A DNA stretch of 64,000 nt. Source: Thecamonas trahens ATCC 50062. Its lineage: Eukaryota; Protista; Apusomonadida. Shown here piece by piece: positions 11,201 through 22,326 of this stretch (positions within the stretch are counted from its first letter, which is position 1; every line of letters starts with the position of its first letter). Made by a program: the position numbers and the translations under genes. The stretch spans positions 275,810-339,809 of the forward strand of contig NW_013657641.1 of the NCBI RefSeq assembly GCF_000142905.1, written 5' to 3'. The notes beneath the pieces are model-generated. The model did no database searches. It had not been told where the DNA came from and was given only the letters and a program-made list of their open reading frames with translations.

Positions 11201-12585
11201 GTGGAGGACGAGATGTTTGGCGCGTTCTCGCGGGCGGTGGGCGTGGCCTCGATCCGCGAGCTGGAGCAGTCTGCAGTGGCCGAGGCCCAGCGGGCGGCCA
11301 AAAAGCGGCTGCAGTTTTCCAAGCAGCGCGCCAAGCTGCTCAACCAGATCTCGTACACGTCTGCGGCAGACCACGGGCCCGAGGTGGCGGCGCTGAAGGC
11401 GTCCATCGAGGCCGACGAGGCGCGCCTGGTCGAGCTGCAGGATGCGGCAAGTGCTGCCTCGGCCAAGATGGACGCGCTCCTCGCCGACGAGGCTGAGCTC
11501 ACCAGCAAGCTGGCCGCTGCGCGCGAGGCCGAGGAGGGCATCGCGCGCCAGGTCAAAAACCTCAAGGCCGACGAGGTGCGGCTGGGCAAGGAAGCCGTGG
11601 CGCTCGCGACGGCCATCGCGTCGTCCGAGGGCGCGGCCGAGGCGCTCGTCGCTAAGCGACAGGCCATTTTCCAGCGGTGCACAGTGGACGAGATCCCAGT
11701 CCCGCTCCGCGCCGGCGGCTTCCTCACCGATGCGGCGGTGCTTGCCGGTGGCGATGCGGTCGAGGTGGACTTTTCAGGCCTCGCCCGCGCGCTCAAGGCT
11801 GTCGACCGCGCCACTGACCGCATGCCGGCAGACAAGTACGCCAAGTACGACGCCGCGTTTGAAGAGCGCCTCCGCCAAATCTCCAAGGACATCGAGACCA
11901 TGGCGCCGAACCTCAAGGCCATCGAGCGGCTCGACGAGCTCGCGGCCAAGTTCAAGGAGACGTCGGCCGAGTTTGACCACGCCCGCTCAGAATCCAAGGT
12001 TGCCAACGAGCGCTTTGCACGCATCCAGAAGCTGCGGACCGACCGCTACCGCGACGCGTACGACCACATCGCGCGGGTCATCGACGAGATCTACAAGGAG
12101 CTCACAAAGTCGGAACTCAACTACGCGGGTGGCACCGCGTTCCTCTCGCTCGAGTCGCCCGAAGAGCCGTACCTCCGCGGCGTCAAGTTCAACGCCATGC
12201 CGCCCAACAAGCGGTTCCGCAACATGGAGGACCTGTCCGGCGGTGAGAAGACCGTCGCCGCCCTCGCCCTCCTCTTTGCCATCCACTCGTACCGGCCGTC
12301 GCCGTTCTTTGTCATGGACGAGGTCGATGCCGCCCTCGACTCCAAGAACGTCAAGCGCGTCGCCGAGTACATCCGCACCCGCTCCTCAGACTTTCAGTGT
12401 ATCGTCATCTCGCTCAAGGACACGTTTTTGACAAGGCTGACGCCCTCGTCGGCGTCTACCGCGAGCGCGCTGACGAGCCCGACGGCGCTGCCTCGTCGTC
12501 GCCGTCACCCGAGCCCGAGGCCGAGCCGCCTGCCCTCCCCACCTTTTCGCGCACTCTCACCCTTGATCTCCGCGACTATGCATAG
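8292..12585 (+). CDS. SMC1: Cohesin subunit SMC1; intron 8596-8907; apparent 1-nt deletions at about 9360 and 12428
   Basis: NFKSY, Walker A GPNGAGKSN across the intron, ARNFLVFQGDVE, hinge, MPPNKRFRNMEDLSGGEKTVAALALLFAIHSYRPSPFFVMDEVDAALD, ISLK. Confidence 0.95.
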
Positions 12586-12900
12586 CTTTCTCTGCACCCA
12601 GTTGTTTTAAATGATGTTGATCAATCGCTGGACATGCACACGCACACACACCTCGCTCTACAGGTTCTCCCTCTCTCCCTCTCCACGAACGGCCACGCAC
12701 AGTGCGACTCGGCCGACTCCCTGCCAACTCGGGGCGAATGGCAAACTCACTGCCCGCGCCCGCGCCACGCCACTCACCGCGCCACGCCACGCCACTCACC
12801 ACGCCACTCCCCCCACCGCCCACCCCCCCCCCCCCCCACCCCACCACCACCAACCACCACCACCAACCACCACCACCAACCACACACCCTTGTAATCACC

Positions 12901-14970
12901 ATGGTGCACCGAGTGTGGATAGAGCGGTATGTGCTCCTCGCAGTTGCAGCTGTGGCTGTGGCAGTCATTGCCGGCGGCGCCCTGACCACCACCCAATGCG
13001 CCCGCCATTTGCTGTGGTCGGCCACGGCGCCGACCTCCTCGCACTCGAAGCCAACCGGGGCGAGCCGTTCCAGTCCAGGGTCTGGGTATGGCTCTGCGGG
13101 CACTGCCGGTGCAGTTGGAAGCCATGGCGCACCCCTCCCGCCATCGGCAGAACACGGATCGTGGTGGTCGTGGTCACCGTCGCCCTCTCACTCATCTCCG
13201 GCGTCGTCGTCATCATCGTCGTCCTCGTCGTCGTCCGCCCACTCGTACTCGACACTCAACAAGTACACCGGGTACGCTGAGTGCTACCTGGTCTCGCTAT
13301 ATCAGGCCTCGCTACGGGCACTGTGGATCTCGCTGGTGGCGCCTGTTCGGGCCATGGCGTGGTGTCCCTCGCCGCAGGCCGAGGCCGGGGCGCTTGATGC
13401 CAGCGGAGATCCTTTGCCTCTGTCGCCGTTTTGCGAGTCGTCGCTGCTGGTGATGCGGGTGACCAGCAGCGTACTCGAGGTTGTGCTCCTCTCACCAGCG
13501 TCGTACGTCCACAAGCTGTACTTGGCGCTTAACGGGGCGGCATTTGCGGCGTACAAGGCGGTGCTGCTGGCGACGCTGCCGGGCGAGGTGGCGGCGGCGA
13601 TGATGCCGGCGGCGGTCGGTGCCGCCGGCCAGGCGCAGGCCGGTGGAAATCCGTGGGATGCATCGCCGGGCAGGAGCAGCGGGGGCTTTGACGACGCTTC
13701 CGCCCCGGGCGCAGCACAGCCTGGTGCGCTGTATGTGCTCGGCTCGCTGAGCTCGCTTGTGATGGGCGGGCTGTACGGCGGCGCCATGCTTGCGGGAGTG
13801 TGGGACGTAGTGCAGTACGCCAACGTGGCGTGGCTGGCGGTGGCGTGCCTCGGCGGCACGGTGCGGACGGTGGCATCGGGCGTGCTTGCGATGTCCAAGG
13901 CTGTGAGCGAGCGGACTCCGCTGGCGGCGGTGGTGGCGCTCGCATGGCTCCCGATGGTGGTGGCTGCCGGCAACGCTGCGCTCTTCCTCGTCCTCCTCAC
14001 CTTGCCTGCACTGTCGCTCGGGCTGATGGCGCAAGTGCCTGCTGTTGTTGTCGGCATCCTTGTCGGGCCGAGTCTCTGGGCTGGCCAGCTGAGCACCTCG
14101 CTCATGTGGGCTGTCTCGACGCTCGGGATGTGGCTGGTGGCACGACTCGTCAAGGAGGCGCACCTTGGGACAGCGCGGCTGTTCTTTATGGTCTACTTTG
14201 ACTCGACGCTGGTGGCGGACGAGTCTGTCCTTGTCCACGCGCTTGCCCTTGTGGCCTTCCGGGTCCTTCTCACGCCCATCGACCGGGCCGGGCTCCGGGG
14301 CGTGGCCGCCATCCTCGAGTGGCAGTCGCTCCTCGACCTCCTCGACGACTACACATACTACTCGACACCGCGCGAGTCGCGCAAGCCAGTGGCGAACGGC
14401 ATCGGGACCGCGACCGTGACTATGCCGCCGTCGTCGGCCCGCAAACAGCGCGCGGCGCTGGTGGCATCCAACAAGTGGAGTAGCGGGAACAAGGCCAGGC
14501 GTGCACCGCAGCGCCATCTCCCGCCGCCGCCGCCGCCGCCGATCCTTTCGCCGATTGCGCCACGGGCGCCTACCCCCCGGGGGTTCTCGACCTCGGTCGA
14601 GGCCGCCGACCCGCTCGACGACGAGCGGGTCACCTCGTTTGTGGCATACGCCGACTCGGACGACGACGAGACGACCCTCGACCGCCGCCTCGACGCCGAG
14701 CTTGTCAAGCGGCTCGGTCTGCCGCCGCCGGCCCGACCGCTATCGTCGCGGCCAGGCACGGATCGCCGGCGTCCCTCGCGCTCGGTCTCGGTCCTCGGCT
14801 CGGTCGCGCGCTCGGTCGCGCGCTCGGTTTCGGTCGCGCTCGCGCGGGTCGACGATGTCGTCCGCGCCGTCGACGAGTCGCGCCCGAACCTGCGGTCGCC
14901 GCCGCCGGTCTCGGCGCGGCCGGCTGTCCTGCGGCGGTCGTTGCGGCTCTCTGCCAAGAAGGGCGCGTGA
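12901..14970 (+). CDS. Hypothetical multi-pass membrane protein with disordered C-terminus
   Basis: Long ORF with an N-terminal hydrophobic segment and several further hydrophobic stretches; no family recognised. Confidence 0.6.
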   Translation: MVHRVWIERYVLLAVAAVAVAVIAGGALTTTQCARHLLWSATAPTSSHSKPTGASRSSPGSGYGSAGTAGAVGSHGAPLPPSAEHGSWWSWSPSPSHSSPASSSSSSSSSSSAHSYSTLNKYTGYAECYLVSLYQASLRALWISLVAPVRAMAWCPSPQAEAGALDASGDPLPLSPFCESSLLVMRVTSSVLEVVLLSPASYVHKLYLALNGAAFAAYKAVLLATLPGEVAAAMMPAAVGAAGQAQAGGNPWDASPGRSSGGFDDASAPGAAQPGALYVLGSLSSLVMGGLYGGAMLAGVWDVVQYANVAWLAVACLGGTVRTVASGVLAMSKAVSERTPLAAVVALAWLPMVVAAGNAALFLVLLTLPALSLGLMAQVPAVVVGILVGPSLWAGQLSTSLMWAVSTLGMWLVARLVKEAHLGTARLFFMVYFDSTLVADESVLVHALALVAFRVLLTPIDRAGLRGVAAILEWQSLLDLLDDYTYYSTPRESRKPVANGIGTATVTMPPSSARKQRAALVASNKWSSGNKARRAPQRHLPPPPPPPILSPIAPRAPTPRGFSTSVEAADPLDDERVTSFVAYADSDDDETTLDRRLDAELVKRLGLPPPARPLSSRPGTDRRRPSRSVSVLGSVARSVARSVSVALARVDDVVRAVDESRPNLRSPPPVSARPAVLRRSLRLSAKKGA

Positions 14971-15034
14971 GAAGTTGTTAAATGCAAGACAGCCTCTGGC
15001 ATCGGAGAGAGTGTTATGATCGTGGGGAGGGAGG

Positions 15035-17436
15035 CTACGAGGCCGAGCCGGCCGCAGCGAGCTTGGCCTGAAGCTTGGCCACCATGTCCTTATACTCGGA
15101 GAGCTCCGGTGACTCGGTGTGGACCGAGGCGAGCTGGAGCTTGACGGAGCGGACGCGAGCAGCAAAGGTGAGCGAGCAGATTGTCTCGGGCGCGTTGTAC
15201 GAGCCCGGGGCAACCTGGACAAACATGAGGGTCTTTGAGTCGCCACCGAGCGAGTCGGCGAGGAGAAAAGTGAGCTTGGAGTTGCGGTAGGGGATGTGGG
15301 CCTTGTTCTTGGCGGTGAGCGACTGGATGACGTCGCCGAGGGCCGAGAGTGAGCGGTTGATGTTCTGGGCCTCCTTGAGGCGCTCGGCGGTGACGCCCGA
15401 CTTTGCGACGCGCTCTGAGCCGGCCAGGTCGACGAGCGAGAGCTTGCCGACGGTGGCGATGCGCGAGATCTTGTTCTGGCAGCGGGCGACGATGCGAAGG
15501 ATGGCGTGCGAGCGTGACGAGTGCTCGTTCATGTCTGTGGCAAAGGTGGAGCGGTTGGCGGCGCCGCGCTGGATGACAGCAAGCACGTCGTCGAGCGAGG
15601 AGCATGTCTCCTCGACGAGGCCGGGCACGTCGATGCCCTGGGCGCCCATGCGGATGTCGAGGCGTGCCTGGATCGAGTGGACGCCCTCGGCCGGCGGCTC
15701 GGCGAGCAGGTCGTAGATGTTCTCGTTGTAGATTTCCATGTTAGAGACGGTGATCGAGATGTCGTAGTCCTCGGAGCGCTCGTCGGCGATGCGGAAGAGC
15801 TCCTGCAGGGTCCGCTTGTTGATGCCAGGGTTCTCTGGCGGACCCTCCATGGTGTACGTCTTGCCGGAGCCGGTCTGTCCGTAGGCAAAGATGCACACGT
15901 TGTAGCCGTCGAGGACCGAGGTGACCAGCGGCTTGGTGTCCTGGAACACCTCGTCCTGCTTAGTGCCCGGCCCGTAGACGCGGTCAAACTTGAAGATCTT
16001 GCGGATCTCCTCGCCGCGCGAGGTGTCGACCACAGCAATCTCCTCGTTGTTCATCGCGGTCGCCGCCATGATCTGCCCGGCGCCCAGCTCGGCCTCGGAC
16101 AGCGGACGGGTCCGACAGTACACGCGGATGTTGCCGCGCATCTCCTGCAGCTTGTTGTACAGCTTCTTGTTCTTTTGCATGGCGACGCGGTACTTGGCCA
16201 CCGCAGCCTCGGTCCGCTCAGACTCTTCCTCCACCTTGTCGCGGACCATGTCGGCAAACTGCTGGATGTCCGGCCCGATTGTCTTGCGCTGCCGGTACGC
16301 CTCGTCCTTGAGCGCTGCAAAGTCGGACCGCAGGCTCACAAACTTGCGGTGCAGCGCACGGACGCCGTTGGCAAAGTCGGCTGTCCCGACGCCGCAAGCG
16401 TCCGCTTGAGCTTCTTCAGCATCGCCTCCTTCTGCTCGGCATCGGTGGCAGAGAGCGCCTCCAGCTCGTCGATGCGCTGCTGCAGCGCCTTGCGCTCCTC
16501 CTCGCGCTTGCTCTCCTCGGCATGCATCTGCTTCTCCATCCATTCCTTGAGCTTCAGCTCCTTGGCGGCAAACTCAGACTGCATCTTCTCCAGCTCGGCC
16601 GCCGGCACCGAGCCGCCAGCACCGTCGGCTCCATCGGCCTCGTCACCCTCGTCGCCCTCGTCGCCGGCCTCGCTCTTGCCGGTCACCGCCGCCAGCTTCT
16701 GCTTGTACTTGGCCTCCCGCTTCTGAAGCTTTGCAACTTGGGCCTGCAGCGCCTGCACCTCAGCCCCATCCCCGCCCGCTCCACTGGCCGAGCCCACCGG
16801 CGGGCCGTTGAGCAGCTCCTCGCGAGCGTCGAGCAGCTCCTTGTGGGTCTTCCGCACAGCCGCCAGCTCCTTCTCCAGCCGCTCGAACGAGTCCCTCACC
16901 GTCTGTTCCAGCACCTTGTTCTCTATCTCCCCCAGTCCCCACCGCCACCGTCACACCCACCAGTCCGTCCGTTCCCCCCCCCCACCCCGGATTTCCCATG
17001 CCCATGTCCAACCCAGCCAACCAGTGAGTCGCACCGTCCGCCTGCTGTGAGCGGACTATTTTTTTGCTCTCCAACCAACGATCATGACCACGTCTGAACG
17101 ATGACATGCTCTCAGCCAACGATCATTGCCATTGTTGAGGACATATGCTTGTGATGGAGAACGCCATCATTCCATGGGCAGCCATCTCAAGCTCATGCCA
17201 TCGTAATCGTTGCCATTCGCCGGCCGATGCTCTCATCATCGTCCACCGCTCGCCGGCCGAACCTCCCGCCCACCACTGAGGCACCGGCCACACACACACA
17301 CCTCCTCCGCACGTATGCGTGCTGTCGAGGGCGGGAAAGGGGGTGAGTGGGGTGGGACAAAGGCTGACGTACCTTTGAGTACAATCTTCAGCTTCTTACG
17401 GAGCTTCAGATTCTCCTGCTCCTTGGCTGAAGACAT
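15035..17436 (-). CDS. Kinesin-14 (C-terminal motor, KIFC3-like); intron 16923-17372; frameshift at about 16398
   Basis: Neck LYNKLQEMRGNIRVYCR, GQTGSGKT, NEHSSRSH, DLAGSER, HIPYRNSKLT; coiled-coil N-terminus. Confidence 0.9.
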
Positions 17437-18196
17437 GGTGGTCTCCGCTGAGGGAGAGGGTCAGGTGGTGTCTTTGGACGCCCGCCCGCCCGACTCGCCC
17501 GCCACACTCGCCGGCTCGACCGACATGCCCCGCTGACCATCCATCCGACTGGACACATTGATCGATCCAAGCCGGGTTCTGGACATCGATGATTTGGGTT
17601 TAGATGGGCGGTGCGGGAGAGGGTAGGAGGGGGGGGGGGCAACGGGGTGATGAAGGGCGGAGAAGTGGTCGTGTGGTCGGACTTGGGGTGCGGTTGAGTG
17701 GGGTGACTGTGGGGACGGGTGGACTGCGTATAAAAGCATGAAAAGGTGAGCATGTGTACCACAGAGGTAGCTGTTGTGTGTTGCGCGCGGCAGTGTGCGT
17801 GCAATCGACAACGATGGCCTGTATCGTGGTTTGTCTCGCCATGCCCACAGCATCAAGTCTCCCTTGCAATTGCGGTGACATAGTAAACATTACGCAAAGA
17901 TCTGACGGATCATGTTTTTTCTCAGTCACCCATGACAAGAACATACACCGTCACACCTGATACGACACGTTACACCTTTAGCAGCTACACAGCACCTTGA
18001 CAACTATCTCAGATAGTACATATCCAACTTTGAGCGCGTCCATGATCTTAAAGCAGCCAATAGAGCCCCAAATCATCAAACTGGGCGCGGATGTGTACCT
18101 CGTCGCGGCAAATCAACTCAAATGGCGCGCAACGGCAGCGGTGGCGGAGGCGAAGCAGACAGGGGAGACCAAGTGCTCTCTCTATATCTTTCTGTG

Positions 18197-18814
18197 ATGC
18201 TCAAGTTGCTGGGATTGGGGCATCGGCACTCGCATGGCGCGGGTCGCAGGCTCTCTGCGCGGGACCAGTCGCGGAGGCGAGGTGCTGCGGCGCTGGCTGT
18301 GTTGTGTGGGGTGGCGAGTCTGACCTTTGTGTTCTTTCTTCCGGACGAGGCGTCGCCTGTCCGACGGGCGCTGTTTGCGCCACATGATCCGTGCCTCTCG
18401 GTGGTGTACACAAGCGCAGCGGCGATGGCCAAGGGCGTGCTGGGCCAAGCCCGAGGGCTTGTGGCCGAGCTTGTAGTCTTTGACAAGGATGGCCAGTGCT
18501 CGGTGGAGGCTATTCAGGCGGCGGCAAGTCCGCGGCTGGTCCTCGCTGCCGACGCACCGTTCTGCGCCAAGCAGAGCGCGTGGCTTCTGCCATCGCAACA
18601 GAGCGCGAGCGGGCTGCGGGTCCTAGTCGATGAGCAGCCGCTGGAGAAGCACGCGGCAGTGGCCGAGCTAGGCGTGGACGGCAGCGGCGGCAGCGGTCGG
18701 CAGGGAGAGCCTGCGTATGCGGTGGCACGGGTGTGCCCGACAAGCAACGGCGGGCATTGGCGGCTTGTAGAGCGAGTCTTCCACGTCTTTGAGGCAGAAG
18801 CCAACAGCAAGTAG
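18197..18814 (+). CDS. Hypothetical single-pass membrane protein
   Basis: TM segment AALAVLCGVASLTFVFFL; stop 25 nt from the convergent kinase stop. Confidence 0.45.
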   Translation: MLKLLGLGHRHSHGAGRRLSARDQSRRRGAAALAVLCGVASLTFVFFLPDEASPVRRALFAPHDPCLSVVYTSAAAMAKGVLGQARGLVAELVVFDKDGQCSVEAIQAAASPRLVLAADAPFCAKQSAWLLPSQQSASGLRVLVDEQPLEKHAAVAELGVDGSGGSGRQGEPAYAVARVCPTSNGGHWRLVERVFHVFEAEANSK

Positions 18815-18839
18815 CCAGCAGCAAGGAGCGGGACTTGTC

Positions 18840-20993
18840 CTATCCGCGCTTGGCCGAGCGGCGCTCCTTGGACGAGCCGCGGGCGGAGCCGGCTGGTGAG
18901 TTGCGGCGGGTCTTCTTGGACGACGCAGTCGTCGCACGCATGTACGACGGCACGCTCTTGGCCGAGGAGGTGAGGGTCGAGCTCACCGACCGCGGCGAGG
19001 CGCGCATGAGGTGACTCCCGCTCGGTGGTCCCGAGGTGGTAGTAGCAGCGTCGGCGGCGGAGGTGTTGAGCATCGGCATCGACGAGTGGCCCTCGCCCGA
19101 GAGCGAGCGCTTTCGGCTGGACGGCGCAGCGACGATCGATCTCGGCGAGAGCTTGCGGGTGCGCTCGCCCTGGGAAGCGGCAATGCGCGAGATAGACAAG
19201 GGAACGACGTTGTGGACGACCGATGGCGCCAAGCTGACGTCCTGGTCCGAAGCCAGCGAGCCGGAGTCTGCGCCAGCAGAGTCGATGGCGGCATCGTCTG
19301 ATACTTGATCGTTGTCGTCTGCAGGGATGCCGGCTGGTGAGTCAGGCGGTAGCTCTGAGCCTGTAGCGGAGCGGCCGATGCCGCGCCAGAGATAGGCGGT
19401 GGCCAGAACGACATGCATGGCCTTGCGGAGGCGTGCGCGGGCCTTGAAGGATAGAAGCATCTCAAACATGGTAGGCTGGATGACGGCGTCGGCATCGGCT
19501 TGGCCGGTCAGCCACGGATGGGTCAGGGCCTCGGCGGCCGAGTAGCGCTCGATGGGGTTGACAGCCAAGAGCCGGGCGAGCAGGTCTGCGCCGAGGTCCG
19601 AGAGTGGGACGTGCGGCGGGAGTGAGTACTCGCCGCCAGCAATGAGGGCAAAGAGAGCCTCGGTCGACTTTGAGCGGAATGGCAGCTTGCCGACGAGCAG
19701 AACGTACATGATGATGCCGAGTGACCAGACGTCGCACTTTTCCGAGTAGACCTGGCGGTCGTTGATGACCTCGGGCGCCATGTACGCCGGCGTTCCGCAC
19801 TTGTCGTCCATGACGTGGTCCGAGTCCATGCGGTAGGAGAGGCCAAAGTCGGAGACCTTGATCTTGGACAAGTCGTCCTTGACCAGCAGGATGTTGGCAG
19901 GCTTGAGGTCGCGATGCGCAATGCGCTGCGAGTGCATGTAGCCGATGGCCTCGAGCAGCTGCTTCATCACCACGCGGGTCTCGGCTTCCGAGAGTGGGTG
20001 CGCCGAGGAGACCCGGTCACGGAGCTCAAACTCACACAGCTCCATGACAATATACATGTGCATGTCTGTCTGCATCACCCGCTTGAGCTGGACTACCGAC
20101 TTGTGGTGCAGCCGCTTCATGATGCCTACCTCGTAGAGCAGACCCTTAAACGACGACTCGTCGGTCTTCTTCAGCTCCACGGTCTTGATAGCGTACTCCT
20201 CGCCCGACACCACATCTCTGCAGCGATAGACTGTGCCGTACGCTCCCTGGCCCAGCACGTCCAGGATCTCGTAGTAGTCCTCGACCTCGCGGACAAGCTC
20301 GCCCATGCTGTCGCCATCGATGGCAAGCGAGATTCGCCGCCGCCGCTCCAGCGCGCTCGACGTCGATCCCCTGCGCTCGTTGGCCGAGCCCTTGCTTCTT
20401 GCGCCACCCTTTGTGCTGCGCATTCTAAGCGGCGACAGCGTAGACGCTGAGCCTGACGCAGGCGGAGCTAGCCGGGCAGAGGGGCGGCCTTCCCGTCCGC
20501 TCCCGCCCGCCGACCGCAGGCCAGAGGAGTTCTTCGCCGACGTACGCCTGCCGACAGGCCGGGCGCCACCACTTGCAGAGCCACCATGGCGTGAGCGAGA
20601 GTCCCCCGAGCCAGACAGCTCGCCTCCTCCTGTTGCATTCTTCCCAGCCGAGCCTCTTGACGCCCGTGAGCTGCCTGGCGTTGTTCCTCTCGACGAGGCC
20701 GACCCGCTGGCACCACCACCAACCGGTTGGCGACTCTGAGCTCTCCCTGGGAGACCCGGACCAGCCGAGGCAGACAGACCACGACCAGAACGAGAGCCTG
20801 TCTCACTCTCGCCTATTGTACCATTGCCTTCGGAGCCTCCTTGTCCTCCTCGCTTGCTGCTGCCTCGCCTCATCACCCACGCCCACCACGACCCTCGGTG
20901 AGTGCGATGTGCTCCAAACAACCGTCCGCCCATCGAACGTTGCCAATGGACGTTGTCATGCCACCTGCCGCACGGATCGGCTTGGCCCACCAT
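18840..20993 (-). CDS. CAMK-group Ser/Thr kinase (STK33-like); start uncertain
   Basis: GQGAYG, YAIK, HRDLKPANIL, DFG, GTPAYMAPE, DVWSLG; CaM-binding-like FKARARLRKAM. Confidence 0.9.
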   Translation of the reverse strand: MVGQADPCGRWHDNVHWQRSMGGRLFGAHRTHRGSWWAWVMRRGSSKRGGQGGSEGNGTIGESETGSRSGRGLSASAGPGLPGRAQSRQPVGGGASGSASSRGTTPGSSRASRGSAGKNATGGGELSGSGDSRSRHGGSASGGARPVGRRTSAKNSSGLRSAGGSGREGRPSARLAPPASGSASTLSPLRMRSTKGGARSKGSANERRGSTSSALERRRRISLAIDGDSMGELVREVEDYYEILDVLGQGAYGTVYRCRDVVSGEEYAIKTVELKKTDESSFKGLLYEVGIMKRLHHKSVVQLKRVMQTDMHMYIVMELCEFELRDRVSSAHPLSEAETRVVMKQLLEAIGYMHSQRIAHRDLKPANILLVKDDLSKIKVSDFGLSYRMDSDHVMDDKCGTPAYMAPEVINDRQVYSEKCDVWSLGIIMYVLLVGKLPFRSKSTEALFALIAGGEYSLPPHVPLSDLGADLLARLLAVNPIERYSAAEALTHPWLTGQADADAVIQPTMFEMLLSFKARARLRKAMHVVLATAYLWRGIGRSATGSELPPDSPAGIPADDNDQVSDDAAIDSAGADSGSLASDQDVSLAPSVVHNVVPLSISRIAASQGERTRKLSPRSIVAAPSSRKRSLSGEGHSSMPMLNTSAADAATTTSGPPSGSHLMRASPRSVSSTLTSSAKSVPSYMRATTASSKKTRRNSPAGSARGSSKERRSAKRG

Positions 20994-21374
20994 ATCAGGC
21001 CACCCATCGATTCGCTCACACTGCGCATCTTACAGCTGCTACTCATTGGACGAGCAGCAGGTATGGCGGGCCGACAGCAGCTGTGTGTGTGTGTGGGGGG
21101 GGGGGGGGGGGGCGGATGCTTGTTGGTGAACGTGTGTTTGATCGAGAGTGATAGTGGTGCTGGGTGCGCAAGGTGGCGCCAGCAGCGGTGGCGGGTGCGA
21201 GCTGGCGGTGCGTTGCGAGCGGGGGTGGGAGCACACCTGTCGTTAGTAGCGGGCAAGAAGGCACCCAGGGACAAGACCAGGCAGGACCACTTGCTTGGTG
21301 CTGGTTTAAAGGGCAGGAGAAGCAGCACGAGCCAGAGTCAGAGCGCGAGCCTGAGCGAGAGCCGGAGCCTGGGC

Positions 21375-21379
21375 GAGAG

Positions 21380-21422
<43 letters not shown>

Positions 21423-21428
21423 CAGAGT
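21375..21428 (+). repeat. (GAGCCA)n hexamer microsatellite between the divergent kinase and RJL genes
   Basis: About 8 perfect gagcca units plus degenerate flanking units. Confidence 0.9.
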
Positions 21429-21481
21429 GAGCGCGAGGGCGAGCGGGAGCAATTGAGCCAGACAGAGCACGTATACACAAC

Positions 21482-22194
21482 ATGGCATCATCATCGAGGC
21501 AACTGCGCGAGCCGATGCGGATCAAGATTTTGTCCATGGGATCGGGCGGTGTCGGCAAGTCGTGCCTCATCAAGCGGTACTGCGAGGGACGGGTATGTAG
21601 GGAGTGGGAGCGTAATGGTGAGGGGGCGGGTGGGCGGCGAGGGGGGGGGGGATGAGGAATGGGTGCGCATGGCAGAACAGCTCACGATGGAGAGAAATCG
21701 CCATGTCTGTGGGACGGATGTGTATGGATATTGGGGGGGGGGGGGGGAGGCGGACGGGCGGACAGTTTGTGGGCAAGTACATCTCGACCATCGGGGTGGA
21801 CTACGGCGTGAAGACGGTGCCGTACGATAACTACGATCTCAAGGTCAACTTCTGGGATCTTTCCGGCCATCCTGAGTTCTTTGACGTCCGCAACGAGTTC
21901 TACAGAGATACACAGGGCGCTATGCTGGTCTTTGACGTCTCGTCTCGCTCGTCGTTTGCTGATCTTGAGGCGTGGATCCGCGAGGCCGAGCAGTACGGCG
22001 CCGGTGACGCTCAGATCATTGTCGTCGGAAACAAGGTTGATCTGGACCGGACCGTCTCGGCCAAGGAAGGCAAGGCATGGGCCCGTGCTCATGGCTACGA
22101 GTACTTTGAGGCCTCGGCCAAGTCCGGCGAGGGCGTCGACGACATCTTTGAGCACCTCTTCGAGTCCATCGCCTCAGCCAACCAGCTGACCTGA
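21482..22194 (+). CDS. RJL-family (Rjl/DNAJC27-like, no J domain) small GTPase; intron 21593-21765
   Basis: RIKILSMGSGGVGKSCLIKRYCEGR|FVGKYISTIGVDYG, WDLSGHPEFFDVRNEFYRDTQG (His at the Gln position, typical of RJL), NKVD, EASAK. Confidence 0.9.
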
Positions 22195-22326
22195 TTGCCG
22201 TCATGGCGGAGCAAGTGAACGAACGATCCATGCCTTTCCCCTCAGTAGCTGTACATTGATCTGTGTCGTTGGCACAAGCGGAGTCCTGTCTGCGCCACAC
22301 GTGTCTCGTGACTGGTCCGGCTTCCA

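Noticed and set aside
9592-12024. Long antisense ORFs opposite SMC1 and other genes (e.g. 15521..16726, 24453..25376, 28451..29761)
   Set aside because: Shadow frames expected from high GC3 codon bias; the opposite strand carries the recognisable genes.
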